Source: a virus
IMG/VR virus record: IMGVR_UViG_3300045988_148145
Reading direction: 5' to 3' (one strand)
Length of the DNA: 56,785 nt
Below, one piece after another: positions 43,696 through 51,877 of the stretch. A model generated the notes under the pieces. It was given only the letters and a program-made list of their open reading frames with translations, ran no database searches and had not been told where the DNA came from. The position numbers and the translations under genes were made by a program. Numbering within the stretch: position 1 is the stretch's first letter; the number at the start of each line of letters is the position of its first letter.

Positions 43696-44349
43696 TTATG
43701 CTTGCAATACTTTAGGTTGCCAATTATTATTCCATTGTTTCCTTAAATATTTAAGAAGTTGATCGTACGACGTGATAAATCCCTCGTTTATAAGATCTGT
43801 AACCTTGGATTCCAAGTGAAACAATTCTCTTTGCTTGCTTTCCTCCCCGTGCTTGTTCCTGATCCCGCTCTCGTGTTCGTTAAATATTACCCAGTTTAAA
43901 GCCTCCGCTATTTTCTTCATCGCTTTAGGCATGAAATCCCTTGGTACTATTTTCATCACGGCAGAACTTAATTTCAAGTAAGCATCCCCGGCATCATTGC
44001 GGTAACGAATCATCTCGTCGGAAACGAATTTTAAAACCTTTACCTTAAAGGTTGGGTTTAACCACATGGCAAAGTCGATAAAAAGTAAAGGATGCATCCA
44101 CGTTCCACCATTTTTACCTCTGCATTGTATAATAACGGAATTCCGTTCTTTTAAATTTTCCTCTAGTATCAAGGCGTTTATAAATTCAGACGTGGAAGAA
44201 TTCTCCGTGTAGTGGACTATCTGTTTTTGCTGACTATTGAATGAATTCCATTGTTTCAATAAATCAGTGGCGTTAAACATACCGTCCTTCGTCCTCTGGA
44301 TAACGTTAAAATTACCCATCGGACGAATCATTTCTTGATTTGTCTTCAT
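43696..44349 (-). CDS. KilA-N domain protein
   Basis: Contains GNFNVIQRTKDGMFNATDLLK...GGTWMHPLLFIDFAMWLNPTFKVKVL. Confidence 0.75.
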   Translation of the reverse strand: MKTNQEMIRPMGNFNVIQRTKDGMFNATDLLKQWNSFNSQQKQIVHYTENSSTSEFINALILEENLKERNSVIIQCRGKNGGTWMHPLLFIDFAMWLNPTFKVKVLKFVSDEMIRYRNDAGDAYLKLSSAVMKIVPRDFMPKAMKKIAEALNWVIFNEHESGIRNKHGEESKQRELFHLESKVTDLINEGFITSYDQLLKYLRKQWNNNWQPKVLQA

Positions 44350-44366
44350 GTATTATTTGGTTTAGA

Positions 44367-44648
44367 TTATTTACTTTCCAACGCGTCCATTTGCATTTTC
44401 ACCACGCACGCCTCGTGCCATGCCGTGAAACCGTCAAATTTTTTACTGAATTCAGCATATCTATTAAAATTGTTCGTGCTAAGGATGAAGTAATAAGCTT
44501 TGTTCTTGCACTCTTTCTCCTTGCTTAATTCTTCGTGCAACTTGGAAAGTTTGTGTTGCAACTTTTGGATTTCCCTCTTTCGTTGGGATTCACGTGTTCG
44601 GGTGTTACTATACTTCGCACCTTTACAAATCTCGCTTGTTCTTGGCAT
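44367..44648 (-). CDS. hypothetical basic coiled-coil protein
   Basis: 93-aa ORF. Confidence 0.5.
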   Translation of the reverse strand: MPRTSEICKGAKYSNTRTRESQRKREIQKLQHKLSKLHEELSKEKECKNKAYYFILSTNNFNRYAEFSKKFDGFTAWHEACVVKMQMDALESK

Positions 44649-44885
44649 AACTTGGTCGAAATTTGAATTTAATATAATAAAGAAAGGCTATCGCCTCCTT
44701 TTATTCTGCCAAGAACAAACTATAACTAAAAAGTCACAGCCCAATAGGAGTGATAGCCTTATATCGTTAGATAATAGCTTACCAGTAGCCATAAAAATAG
44801 CTCTGACTTTTTTAGTATGTATGTTTTGTCCTTGGCATGAACACCACAAACGTACAACTATTATCTTTAAATTCCAAATTCCACG

Positions 44886-44910
44886 AAAAAAGCGAGTAGA
44901 ATTTACTCGC
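44886..44910 (-). terminator. Intrinsic terminator after 44942..45778
   Basis: Hairpin GCGAGTA-GAATT-TACTCGC. On the minus strand it is followed by T6. Confidence 0.6.
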
Positions 44911-44941
44911 CTTGATACTAAAAATATAAATATGTGGAAGG

Positions 44942-45778
44942 TTAGTCTTCTATATCAAAAACATCAAGTAGTTTAACGATTTTATAAGCAAACGGTTTGT
45001 TATTCATGTTTTGTATAACAACATCAACGGCAAACACTTTCTTTAATGGATTGTTCTTTGAATTTATTATCTGATCCTTGATTCCATCAGATTCAAACAA
45101 GAGATTTAACGCCTTTTTGTTTAACGCTTCTATTATCCCTTTATTTCCAGAATTGCTATTGATACCCCTGATTTGATACATGATCATGAGTTGATTCGTG
45201 TGTATCTCGTCTTGTTCAGATACGGATTTTACAATTTCAATCTCTTTATCAATTAAATTTTGGGTACCGTTGCTCTCTATATAATTGAAAGTGCAACCAG
45301 TATAGACAACATTATTAACATCTCCTTTTATCACCTGAATGTCCATTTGCCCACATTGATCTTTAGAAGGTATTGACAGAATATCATGCAAATCTTGCAA
45401 TTCTTTAGCTGTCAATTCTGGTTTTTCGCCAGAAGATGAAGTGAAATAATCGTAGACGTTTTTCAAGTTCTTGGCAAACTCCATGATTAAGTTGAAATTC
45501 TCCACGAACGGGATCATGGATAGGGAAACCAGTTCAACGAGATGAATGTCAATAGAACCTTCGGTTATCTTGCTAACGCATAGCTTGGCGTTAGATAATT
45601 CCTTGGACATACCGTTCTTTTGAGCAAAACTAGAAAAGTACGATCCGATAGCGTTCATTGATGCAGTAAAATCAGACACTTGGATAGGTTCTGAATTCTT
45701 GATATGAATTCTCAATGCGAGCTGTGAATTATCATTACATTGTCCCATGATCTTGCGTTTTAACAACATTTCAAACAT
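44942..45778 (-). CDS. hypothetical protein; AT-rich stand-alone gene (moron-like)
   Basis: 278-aa ORF with its own terminator. No family recognised. Confidence 0.6.
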   Translation of the reverse strand: MFEMLLKRKIMGQCNDNSQLALRIHIKNSEPIQVSDFTASMNAIGSYFSSFAQKNGMSKELSNAKLCVSKITEGSIDIHLVELVSLSMIPFVENFNLIMEFAKNLKNVYDYFTSSSGEKPELTAKELQDLHDILSIPSKDQCGQMDIQVIKGDVNNVVYTGCTFNYIESNGTQNLIDKEIEIVKSVSEQDEIHTNQLMIMYQIRGINSNSGNKGIIEALNKKALNLLFESDGIKDQIINSKNNPLKKVFAVDVVIQNMNNKPFAYKIVKLLDVFDIED

Positions 45779-45806
45779 ACAACTATTATCCGTAATTTCA
45801 AATATC

Positions 45807-46148
45807 CTAGCCGAAATATTCGTTCAAAACCTTCATGAAATCGTCAAGCGACCAGCACACGGCACACTTGTAACCTCTCTCTTTTAACTTACCGATCATG
45901 TTCTTTTGCGTCTGCTGCAACCGTCCACCCTTCACCTTCATTTCCACGAATAGACCGTGATATTGTCCGGACGGCTCCGGGATGAACAAATCCGGGACTC
46001 CGGCTACAACTCCTTCCGCTTTCAGCTTGGCTGCCGTGACTATATTCCTAGCCCCACCGTTAGGGATAGCGTGAATCAGCTTTCCGGGGTATTGCATCCG
46101 GAACCAGTTCACGGCAGCGACTTGCGTTTGATGTTCTCTGTCTCTCAT
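45807..46148 (-). CDS. VRR-NUC domain nuclease
   Basis: Contains AIPNGG...GVVAGVPDLFIPEP...GLFVEMKVKGGRLQQTQ...GYKCAV. Confidence 0.75.
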   Translation of the reverse strand: MRDREHQTQVAAVNWFRMQYPGKLIHAIPNGGARNIVTAAKLKAEGVVAGVPDLFIPEPSGQYHGLFVEMKVKGGRLQQTQKNMIGKLKERGYKCAVCWSLDDFMKVLNEYFG

Positions 46149-46170
46149 AAGTGTATGTTTTTTTAATTAG

Positions 46171-46318
46171 TGAATGAGGCGGGGATCGAACCCGCACCGT
46201 ACGATAACTTCCAGCGTGTCAGGCTTTATTTTCGACGTACTAGCACTTAGCATCATCTTTAGGCATGATACGACCATAACCGGAACATTATAGTGTCTAC
46301 CAATTGCACCACTCATTC
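46171..46318 (-). tRNA. tRNA-like element with canonical acceptor, D and T arms but a 71-nt insertion in the anticodon loop
   Basis: The acceptor GAATGAG/CTCATTC is perfect. It has U8, D loop AATTGGTAG and T arm GCGGG-TTCGATC-CCCGC. The anticodon stem ATAAT/GTTAT is extended by TTCCGG/CTGGAA. Confidence 0.45.
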
Positions 46319-46341
46319 ATGCCCGTTTCACGGGCTGTGTT

Positions 46342-46791
46342 TTATTCTTGTTTGTCCTCGAAATAAGGGAACACGTCCATTATATTGGAATCACCAACTT
46401 GCACGATCTCGAACGGGACAACGTAAGTGGATAACGCTTTCTGTAAATTTTCCAACGACTTGTCAACGTCGGAACCGGCAACGAGAAAATACTGGTTCGA
46501 TCTCTTCTCCTTGCCGGAAATGCTGTCAGCGTCAATGATCGCTACTTTCGCTTTGAACCACTTGTCATCATTACCGTCTTTAGATTCTACCAACTCGGTA
46601 ATGTTGGATTTCTTTATCGCCTCTATGTAGAAATCGCCCTGAATTATCTCTCTTAATTCCTCGATAATTCTACTCTCCGCTTCCGTGAAGCTAACGGCAT
46701 CCAATAGGTATAATTTGGACACTTTTCTTTGCCTGCCGTCTTCATCTACTTTCGTGTATTTTACTTTTACTTCAAACCAATTCGCTGTCAT
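46342..46791 (-). CDS. DUF4494-like protein
   Basis: The N terminus NWFEVKVKYTKVDEDGRQRKVSKLYLLDAVSFTEAESRIIEEL matches my recollection of the Bacteroidota DUF4494 family. Confidence 0.55.
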   Translation of the reverse strand: MTANWFEVKVKYTKVDEDGRQRKVSKLYLLDAVSFTEAESRIIEELREIIQGDFYIEAIKKSNITELVESKDGNDDKWFKAKVAIIDADSISGKEKRSNQYFLVAGSDVDKSLENLQKALSTYVVPFEIVQVGDSNIMDVFPYFEDKQE

Positions 46792-46796
46792 AATTT

Positions 46797-47000
46797 TTAT
46801 TGTTTTAAAATTTTAATCTTTCCAATCATGTCCATGCCCCGAAGGACAAGGTGTTCATTATCTTCCTTGCCAGATGGTGACAACTCCCAGCAAGTGGTTA
46901 ACACGTGCTTGTTGATTATCCTCTGCAAGACTTTCATGTCAGCCGGGTAAACGATCTCGTTCACCTTGTTCCGGCCGAGGTTTATTAGCTGTACTTTCAT
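46797..47000 (-). CDS. hypothetical protein
   Basis: 67-aa ORF. Confidence 0.45.
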   Translation of the reverse strand: MKVQLINLGRNKVNEIVYPADMKVLQRIINKHVLTTCWELSPSGKEDNEHLVLRGMDMIGKIKILKQ

Positions 47001-47154
47001 GTGTTATATCCTTACATCTTTCAAGTTTCCTTTTTAATAACGTTGCCTTCCTCTTGAACTCAAGATCCCGAATCGTGTTCCCGGTTACGTGATCGGGTAA
47101 CGATTCAAGGAACTTGATTAAGTCGGCGTGTAGGGTGTTGGGGATGGATTTCAT
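46939..47154 (-). CDS. hypothetical protein
   Basis: 71-aa ORF. It overlaps the downstream ORF, so the true start or extent is uncertain. Confidence 0.4.
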   Translation of the reverse strand: MKSIPNTLHADLIKFLESLPDHVTGNTIRDLEFKRKATLLKRKLERCKDITHESTANKPRPEQGERDRLPG

Positions 47155-47588
47155 AAGTACTCCTTGTGTCGTTGCAACTCTATCTCGATATATTGAAGAA
47201 ACTTGTCCTCGTTAGGTTCGGGAAGGTATATTCCAGTTTCTGACGAGGCCCAGTTTCTGAAACGTTGAATCGCCGTTGTCATTTCTCCCGTGTCAAGATC
47301 TTTACTACTTCGATAATAAGGTTCATCACCGAGAAATTTATCGTGTTTCACCCTGTAAAATACATCCTTGTTACAAAGTTTCTTGAAATACTTTTCTTTT
47401 ACCCATTCAATGGTATAACCCGTCTCGACGGCGAAATAACCTAGGATAAGATGCAAGTACGAGTTCTGACGGATCGTCCTTTTAGGATTTTTCCCCGTCA
47501 AATCAAACACTTGTCCTTTTTGAAAGAACTCGTTCATCCGTCTAGTGGCTCTCTCCCTGTCTATTGGGTTTTTCGGGTCGTACAACAT
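47151..47588 (-). CDS. NinB/Orf-like recombination mediator
   Basis: RTIRQNSYLHLILG and SSKDLDTGEMTTAIQRFRNWASSETGIYLPEP parallel lambda NinB RSLDQNRKLWACLG and STSRMRVGEFAELLELIQAFGTERGV. Confidence 0.5.
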   Translation of the reverse strand: MLYDPKNPIDRERATRRMNEFFQKGQVFDLTGKNPKRTIRQNSYLHLILGYFAVETGYTIEWVKEKYFKKLCNKDVFYRVKHDKFLGDEPYYRSSKDLDTGEMTTAIQRFRNWASSETGIYLPEPNEDKFLQYIEIELQRHKEYL

Positions 47589-47590
47589 GA

Positions 47591-47968
47591 TCAGAATGGT
47601 ATATTGTCACTATCATCATCCTGCGGGATGTTATCCAACCCTCCACCGTTGCCTTCTTCTTTTTTCATCCCTTCTTGAAATTCGAGCTCGTTCATCACCC
47701 ATATCGTCAGGGTTGAAACGATGTCACCGTTCTTGTTCGTGTAACCGGACGTGGTCGGTTTACCTATAACTTGAACCCGGACACCCTTCTTCAAGTAAGG
47801 GGTTAATTTCCCTTCCTTGTCGTACTTCACGACATCAACCCATGTCGTTCGTGATTCCCCTTTTACCTTCTCCGTGATGGCGATGGAAAAGCAAGCGTAA
47901 TTATTGCCCCCGATTTGTTTCAACTCGGCATCCTTGCCGATGTTTCCTGTTGCTATAATCTTTATCAT
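47591..47968 (-). CDS. ssb: single-stranded DNA-binding protein
   Basis: OB-fold-like N terminus (IIATGNIGKDAELK...TTWVDVV), a Gly-rich linker, and an acidic tail DDDSDNIPF. Confidence 0.85.
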   Translation of the reverse strand: MIKIIATGNIGKDAELKQIGGNNYACFSIAITEKVKGESRTTWVDVVKYDKEGKLTPYLKKGVRVQVIGKPTTSGYTNKNGDIVSTLTIWVMNELEFQEGMKKEEGNGGGLDNIPQDDDSDNIPF

Positions 47969-47987
47969 CTTGTCTGAATTTTAATTA

Positions 47988-48668
47988 TTAAGCACATTGC
48001 AACTTGATGATCTCATCCATCACCTTTTCCTTGTACTCGTTTGCCTTCGCTAGTTTTTTGATACAATTCTCGATAAATTCTTGATCAGGCAAAACACGTA
48101 TCACTTTGAGTGCAAAAAGTTCACTTTGGCATCTAGGGTCATAGCTAATGAAATCACACCATTTGCGTCCCGTTGCGATAAAATTACCTTGTATCTGCAC
48201 GTAATACTCGTAATGCTCTTTTTTCAAGTCATTCTCGTCCTTTAAGCGAAGATGCTTAACGTGAATCGAGGTGTTAAACGGGCATTTTATCTCGATAAAA
48301 CCGTCTTGACCGACAAGTCCATCCGGGGATCCACCGAAGTAATCATTAAACTCGAAAAAACCGCAGTCGTTTACCTCCACGCCTTTTTTCTTCTCGTAAG
48401 CGTGTCTTGCACTTATCTCTAGTTCCTTACCCCACGCCACCTCTCTAGTGTTAATATCCTTGTAATCTAGGCAAGTTCCATTAGTTATGTACTCTGAAAT
48501 TTTATCGTACACGTACGATTTTGAAGTTTCGGAAAGCTCTCCAGCTTCTTTCTTTACCTTTTCACGTGGCTCGGAAAGTAGCTTGTACAATTCCGAGCTG
48601 GTGAAATGGAATAACCTGTCTCTGTACCATTCAGGATTGTCCTGAAGGTTGTTCTTTTGTCTCTCCAT
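47988..48668 (-). CDS. YqaJ-type (lambda Exo-like) recombination exonuclease
   Basis: Contains GGSPDGLVGQDGFIEIKCP, a PD-(D/E)XK motif. It lies next to the annealase gene. Confidence 0.75.
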   Translation of the reverse strand: MERQKNNLQDNPEWYRDRLFHFTSSELYKLLSEPREKVKKEAGELSETSKSYVYDKISEYITNGTCLDYKDINTREVAWGKELEISARHAYEKKKGVEVNDCGFFEFNDYFGGSPDGLVGQDGFIEIKCPFNTSIHVKHLRLKDENDLKKEHYEYYVQIQGNFIATGRKWCDFISYDPRCQSELFALKVIRVLPDQEFIENCIKKLAKANEYKEKVMDEIIKLQCA

Positions 48669-49542
48669 TGTTTAATGAATTTGCCTGTTTTAAATTCTCG
48701 ATCAACTTGTCGGCCTCCTCTTTGGTTACTTGGCCTTTCAACAAGGCGGCCTTCACGTCAGATTCCGTTTTGAGAGTCGAGGGATCGAGAGAAGTGTCAA
48801 CAACCGTCTCGAACTTGTTCCCGAACGTTTCTTTTACCGACGTGGTACCTTCTTTTATAGCGTTGGCGAGGCTCCTGAGGTATATTATGTTTTCCTTGTC
48901 GATTTGATCAACACCTTTCACCTCCAAGTGATCAAGAAGTTGTTCTTGGGTTACACCGATTTTCGAGAAATAATCGATCATTCTCTTGCGACTAGTTTCT
49001 AAATCGATACTTTGACCTAATGCAACTTGTTTCACGTTAGCGATCACCTTTTTCGTCACCGCTTTCGGGATAACCTTGAAAACGGCGTTCCTGAAAGCGA
49101 TAGCCGAAGCGGCGTTTCCCGTGACTACTTGCATGTCCTCGGAGAATGTTTTCCCGTACTTGTCAGTTATCCTGCGTTTCACTTCAACGGAAGCGGCAAA
49201 ATTCGTTTCGAGATCGTGACAAATACCCATCGCCGTGATCGTCTTCCCGTCATTGCCTATTATCCTAGTTTGAACTCGGATGTTTCCCCACGCCCCCGCC
49301 ACGATCTCGGCCATGCGAACCGATAACCCCTCGATCACGGCTGCATCATTACCTCGTCCTCTTCGTAAAGCGTAAAAACAATCTTCTGCCGTTTCCGTGT
49401 CCATCGTGGCGTAAGTCTCTATCGTGCTTAGCACCTTGTGTATGTCCCGTGGATATTGTTTCGCTGTCGATATTTGAATGTCCACTTCTGCCTTGTTGAT
49501 AGCCTGTAACATCTCGGCTTGATTAATTTGAATTATTTCCAT
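48631..49542 (-). CDS. single-strand annealing protein (RecT/Bet-like)
   Basis: 303 aa from ATG 49542 (the track ORF starts upstream at 49653). It is paired with the exonuclease and contains CFYALRRG...AASAIAFRNAVFKVIP. Confidence 0.5.
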   Translation of the reverse strand: MEIIQINQAEMLQAINKAEVDIQISTAKQYPRDIHKVLSTIETYATMDTETAEDCFYALRRGRGNDAAVIEGLSVRMAEIVAGAWGNIRVQTRIIGNDGKTITAMGICHDLETNFAASVEVKRRITDKYGKTFSEDMQVVTGNAASAIAFRNAVFKVIPKAVTKKVIANVKQVALGQSIDLETSRKRMIDYFSKIGVTQEQLLDHLEVKGVDQIDKENIIYLRSLANAIKEGTTSVKETFGNKFETVVDTSLDPSTLKTESDVKAALLKGQVTKEEADKLIENLKQANSLNNGETKEQPSGQS

Positions 49543-49844
49543 ACCTTTGTGTTTGAATTGATTAATAATTGTCCCCGGCTCGCATCGAAGCGCACGACTG
49601 AATCGACCGGGGTTTATGAAGTTCTTATTTTTACCTGCTGCTGAAAGGGACAAGTCAACCAGTCATGTTCTCCGCGAGGATTGTTTCGATACTACTCTAT
49701 TCGAGGTTCACGGCAGATTCAACCGGGGCTGCACCCGTGACGATGATTCGCTACCGTCATGCGTTGACTGGATTCATTTCCCTGCACCAGTTTCGGGATT
49801 TTTTTAACCGCTATCGTTCAATACAGGCGGTTTTCTTTTTTAGA

Positions 49845-49918
49845 GAGGTGGGAAGGGGAATCGAACCCCTTGGGTGTCATCGGTTTCAGGAATAATGCTT
49901 CTCCAAGCTGTTACCCAC
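49845..49918 (-). tRNA. degenerate tRNA-like element (possible pseudo-tRNA; best anticodon reading GAA)
   Basis: T arm AGGGG-TTCGATT-CCCCT and acceptor GGTGGG/CCCACC are good. The D arm is non-canonical (GCTT-GGAG-AAGC) and the anticodon stem is weak. Confidence 0.3.
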
Positions 49919-49974
49919 CGTGTGCCGGGACTTCCACCCGGCCGTTTTTAATTACCAACAAACAAATAACAGAA

Positions 49975-50124
49975 CTAAAGAACCTTGCGTAGAGAGCTAA
50001 CGGGAACCTTGAACATCAATCCTCTCTGCTGCTTGATCGTGGCGATCCCGCTTTTTTCGTCAATGCTTTTCACCGTGAATATCCCTTCCACGTGTGTTGT
50101 AGTTACTTTATCACCTTTTTTCAT
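49975..50124 (-). CDS. small hypothetical protein (49 aa); missing from the ORF track
   Basis: Hand translation: MKKGDKVTTTHVEGIFTVKSIDEKSGIATIKQQRGLMFKVPVSSLRKVL. Confidence 0.4.
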   Translation of the reverse strand: MKKGDKVTTTHVEGIFTVKSIDEKSGIATIKQQRGLMFKVPVSSLRKVL

Positions 50125-50136
50125 ATACTTAAATTA

Positions 50137-51156
50137 TTATCTATCAACTTCCGTGAATACCCCGTTGACTAACTTGTAATAAGTGTCTTCTTTTATCTCG
50201 ACCCCGTCAACCCTTTTTGTTACCACGTTTATCGGGATCCAATCTCCATTATCGTCTCTTCCCCATTCAGCAAGTGTTATCCAAGAGCCAATTTTTGCCT
50301 TCGCTATTGAATTATTCCCGGCACACATTACCACGCTATTTTTACCCGATGACCCGATCTTTGCGCCATTACCCGATGACCCGATCTTTGCGCCATAACC
50401 CGATGACCCGATCTTTGCGCCATTACCCGATGACCCGATCTGTGCGTCATCACCCGATGACCCGATCTTTGCGCCATCACCCGATGACCCGATCTTTGCG
50501 TAATTACCCGATGACCCGATCTGTGCGTCATAACCCGATGACCCGATCTTTGCGTCATCACCCGATGACCCGATCTTTGCGCCATTACCCGATGACCCGA
50601 TCTGTGCGTAATTACCCGATGACCCGATCTGTGCGTAATTACCCGATGACCCGATCTGTGCGCCATCACCCGATGACCCGATCTTTGCGTCATAACCCGA
50701 TGACCCGATCTTTGCGTCATCACCCGATGACCCGATCTGTGCGTCATAACCCGATGACCCGATCTTTGCGTCATCACCCGATGACCCGATCTGTGCGTAA
50801 TTACCCGATGATTTTTCTAACTCTTTTGTATCATTTTTCGAGAATGTAGTTTGTTCCTTCAACCATTCTATCCCCATCTTGAATAATCCAACAAATCCGA
50901 TTTCAGCATTTATTTTTATCCGTTTGCCACAGATTTTAGAATCATTCTCTTTTTTGTCATTTGATACCTCGTCAAGTTCTACCTCGCAGTACTTGCCTTC
51001 CACGTCGTTGTAATAGTTAAGAACGTCAAGGGGGTTGGTGCAGGCGTGAAAACATTTCTCGCATAACACTGCCTCCTCTTCCTCGTATTCCTTTCCTTCC
51101 TCGAACTGGAAACCTCTGCACGTGAAATCTTTATTAAATCCTTTGTACGCTTTCAT
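50137..51156 (-). CDS. repeat protein: Cys-containing N-terminal domain plus 17 x nonapeptide IGSSGxxAx
   Basis: 339 aa from ATG 51156 (MKAYKGFNKDFTCRGFQFEEGKEY...). The central repeats probably form a beta-helix. Confidence 0.65.
   Translation of the reverse strand: MKAYKGFNKDFTCRGFQFEEGKEYEEEEAVLCEKCFHACTNPLDVLNYYNDVEGKYCEVELDEVSNDKKENDSKICGKRIKINAEIGFVGLFKMGIEWLKEQTTFSKNDTKELEKSSGNYAQIGSSGDDAKIGSSGYDAQIGSSGDDAKIGSSGYDAKIGSSGDGAQIGSSGNYAQIGSSGNYAQIGSSGNGAKIGSSGDDAKIGSSGYDAQIGSSGNYAKIGSSGDGAKIGSSGDDAQIGSSGNGAKIGSSGYGAKIGSSGNGAKIGSSGKNSVVMCAGNNSIAKAKIGSWITLAEWGRDDNGDWIPINVVTKRVDGVEIKEDTYYKLVNGVFTEVDR
50344..50811. repeat. 17 tandem 27-bp units plus a partial unit
   Basis: The unit is ACCCGATGACCCGATCT[T/G]TGCG[CC/TC/TA]AT[T/A/C]. 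In my hand alignment, 23 of 27 positions are invariant in all 17 units. Confidence 0.95.
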
Positions 51157-51237
51157 GTTTATGTTATTTATTGTTCGTTTCCAAAATTTCGCCCTTTCGA
51201 GTATCACTACTTTGTCCGGGCTAATTATCTACTCACT

Positions 51238-51480
51238 TTAAAAGAAATTGCGTTCTTGATTGTATTCCTCGTTCCATTCATCCACCACGTGCATCCACTT
51301 CTGACCGGTTACCTCTTCTCTAGATTCCATCTTGACAAGGTCAGATTCCAACATACCCAGAAAAACACCCCTCTCTTCCGGGTCCCAAGCGTAAGTCTTG
51401 AAAAACTCCTCGTCGCTCATGGTCTTGACATTATTAATGTCTTCCATCACTTCCGATGTCGTGTCGTAAATAAAGTTCAT
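51238..51480 (-). CDS. hypothetical acidic protein
   Basis: 80-aa ORF. Confidence 0.5.
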   Translation of the reverse strand: MNFIYDTTSEVMEDINNVKTMSDEEFFKTYAWDPEERGVFLGMLESDLVKMESREEVTGQKWMHVVDEWNEEYNQERNFF

Positions 51481-51662
51481 GACTTCCTAGATTTACTCCT
51501 CGTCCTGAAATGCTCCTCGATAAACAACAATGTCAAGAACCAGCAAAAGCCAGAGACATAAAACTGGTGTGTCGCAGGCTCGCCAAGAGTAGTGGTGCCG
51601 AACAAGCCCCCGAAAAGGCTGACTAGCGACAGGGTGAAGAATAGGGTGATGTGTGTTTTCAT
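51477..51662 (-). CDS. small membrane protein
   Basis: 61 aa with two hydrophobic segments. Confidence 0.45.
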   Translation of the reverse strand: MKTHITLFFTLSLVSLFGGLFGTTTLGEPATHQFYVSGFCWFLTLLFIEEHFRTRSKSRKS

Positions 51663-51871
51663 ATAACTTTACACTTTTGAATAAACTTATCGATAGATGA
51701 CTTTTCGTACCATATCTTGTTCTCTCCAAAACGGAAAAAACTAATCAACGCCTTATCTCTCAATTCACGGATAAAATCCTCGGAACAATCAAGATATTTC
51801 ATGACTTCCGACGTGGAAAGAAAGACTTTTTCTACAGGAACTATCATACCTTGTTTGCGCTGGCGTGGCAT
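51659..51871 (-). CDS. excisionase-type HTH protein (Xis/MerR-like)
   Basis: Contains LSTSEVMKYLDCSEDFIRELRDKALISFFRFGENKIWYEKSSIDKFI. Confidence 0.55.
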   Translation of the reverse strand: MPRQRKQGMIVPVEKVFLSTSEVMKYLDCSEDFIRELRDKALISFFRFGENKIWYEKSSIDKFIQKCKVI

Positions 51872-51877
51872 AATTCA

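Noticed and set aside
44500-44976. 158-aa plus-strand ORF spanning the 44649-44941 spacer
   Set aside because: It is antisense to two minus-strand genes and crosses the terminator hairpin. The translation is low-complexity and Leu/Ser/Phe-rich, typical of AT-rich non-coding DNA.
46250-46271. Amber-suppressor tRNA / stop-codon recoding, because the inner hairpin loop GCCTAAAG contains CTA
   Set aside because: The loop is 8 nt and lacks U33 before CTA. Very long ORFs (2045, 1272 and 732 aa) are intact under the standard code, so there is no sign of recoding.
50344-50811. Possible CRISPR array, given the regular short repeats
   Set aside because: The units are directly tandem with no spacers, the period is 27 bp, and the array is in frame within a protein-coding gene.
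50217-50849. Long ORFs in other frames and on the opposite strand across the 27-bp repeats (PMTRSLRH... 210 aa on plus; HRSGHRVM... 149 aa on minus)
   Set aside because: These are repeat-driven shadow ORFs. Any frame stays open because the unit lacks stop codons. Only the minus-strand frame that continues into non-repetitive N- and C-terminal domains (50137..51156) looks like a real gene.
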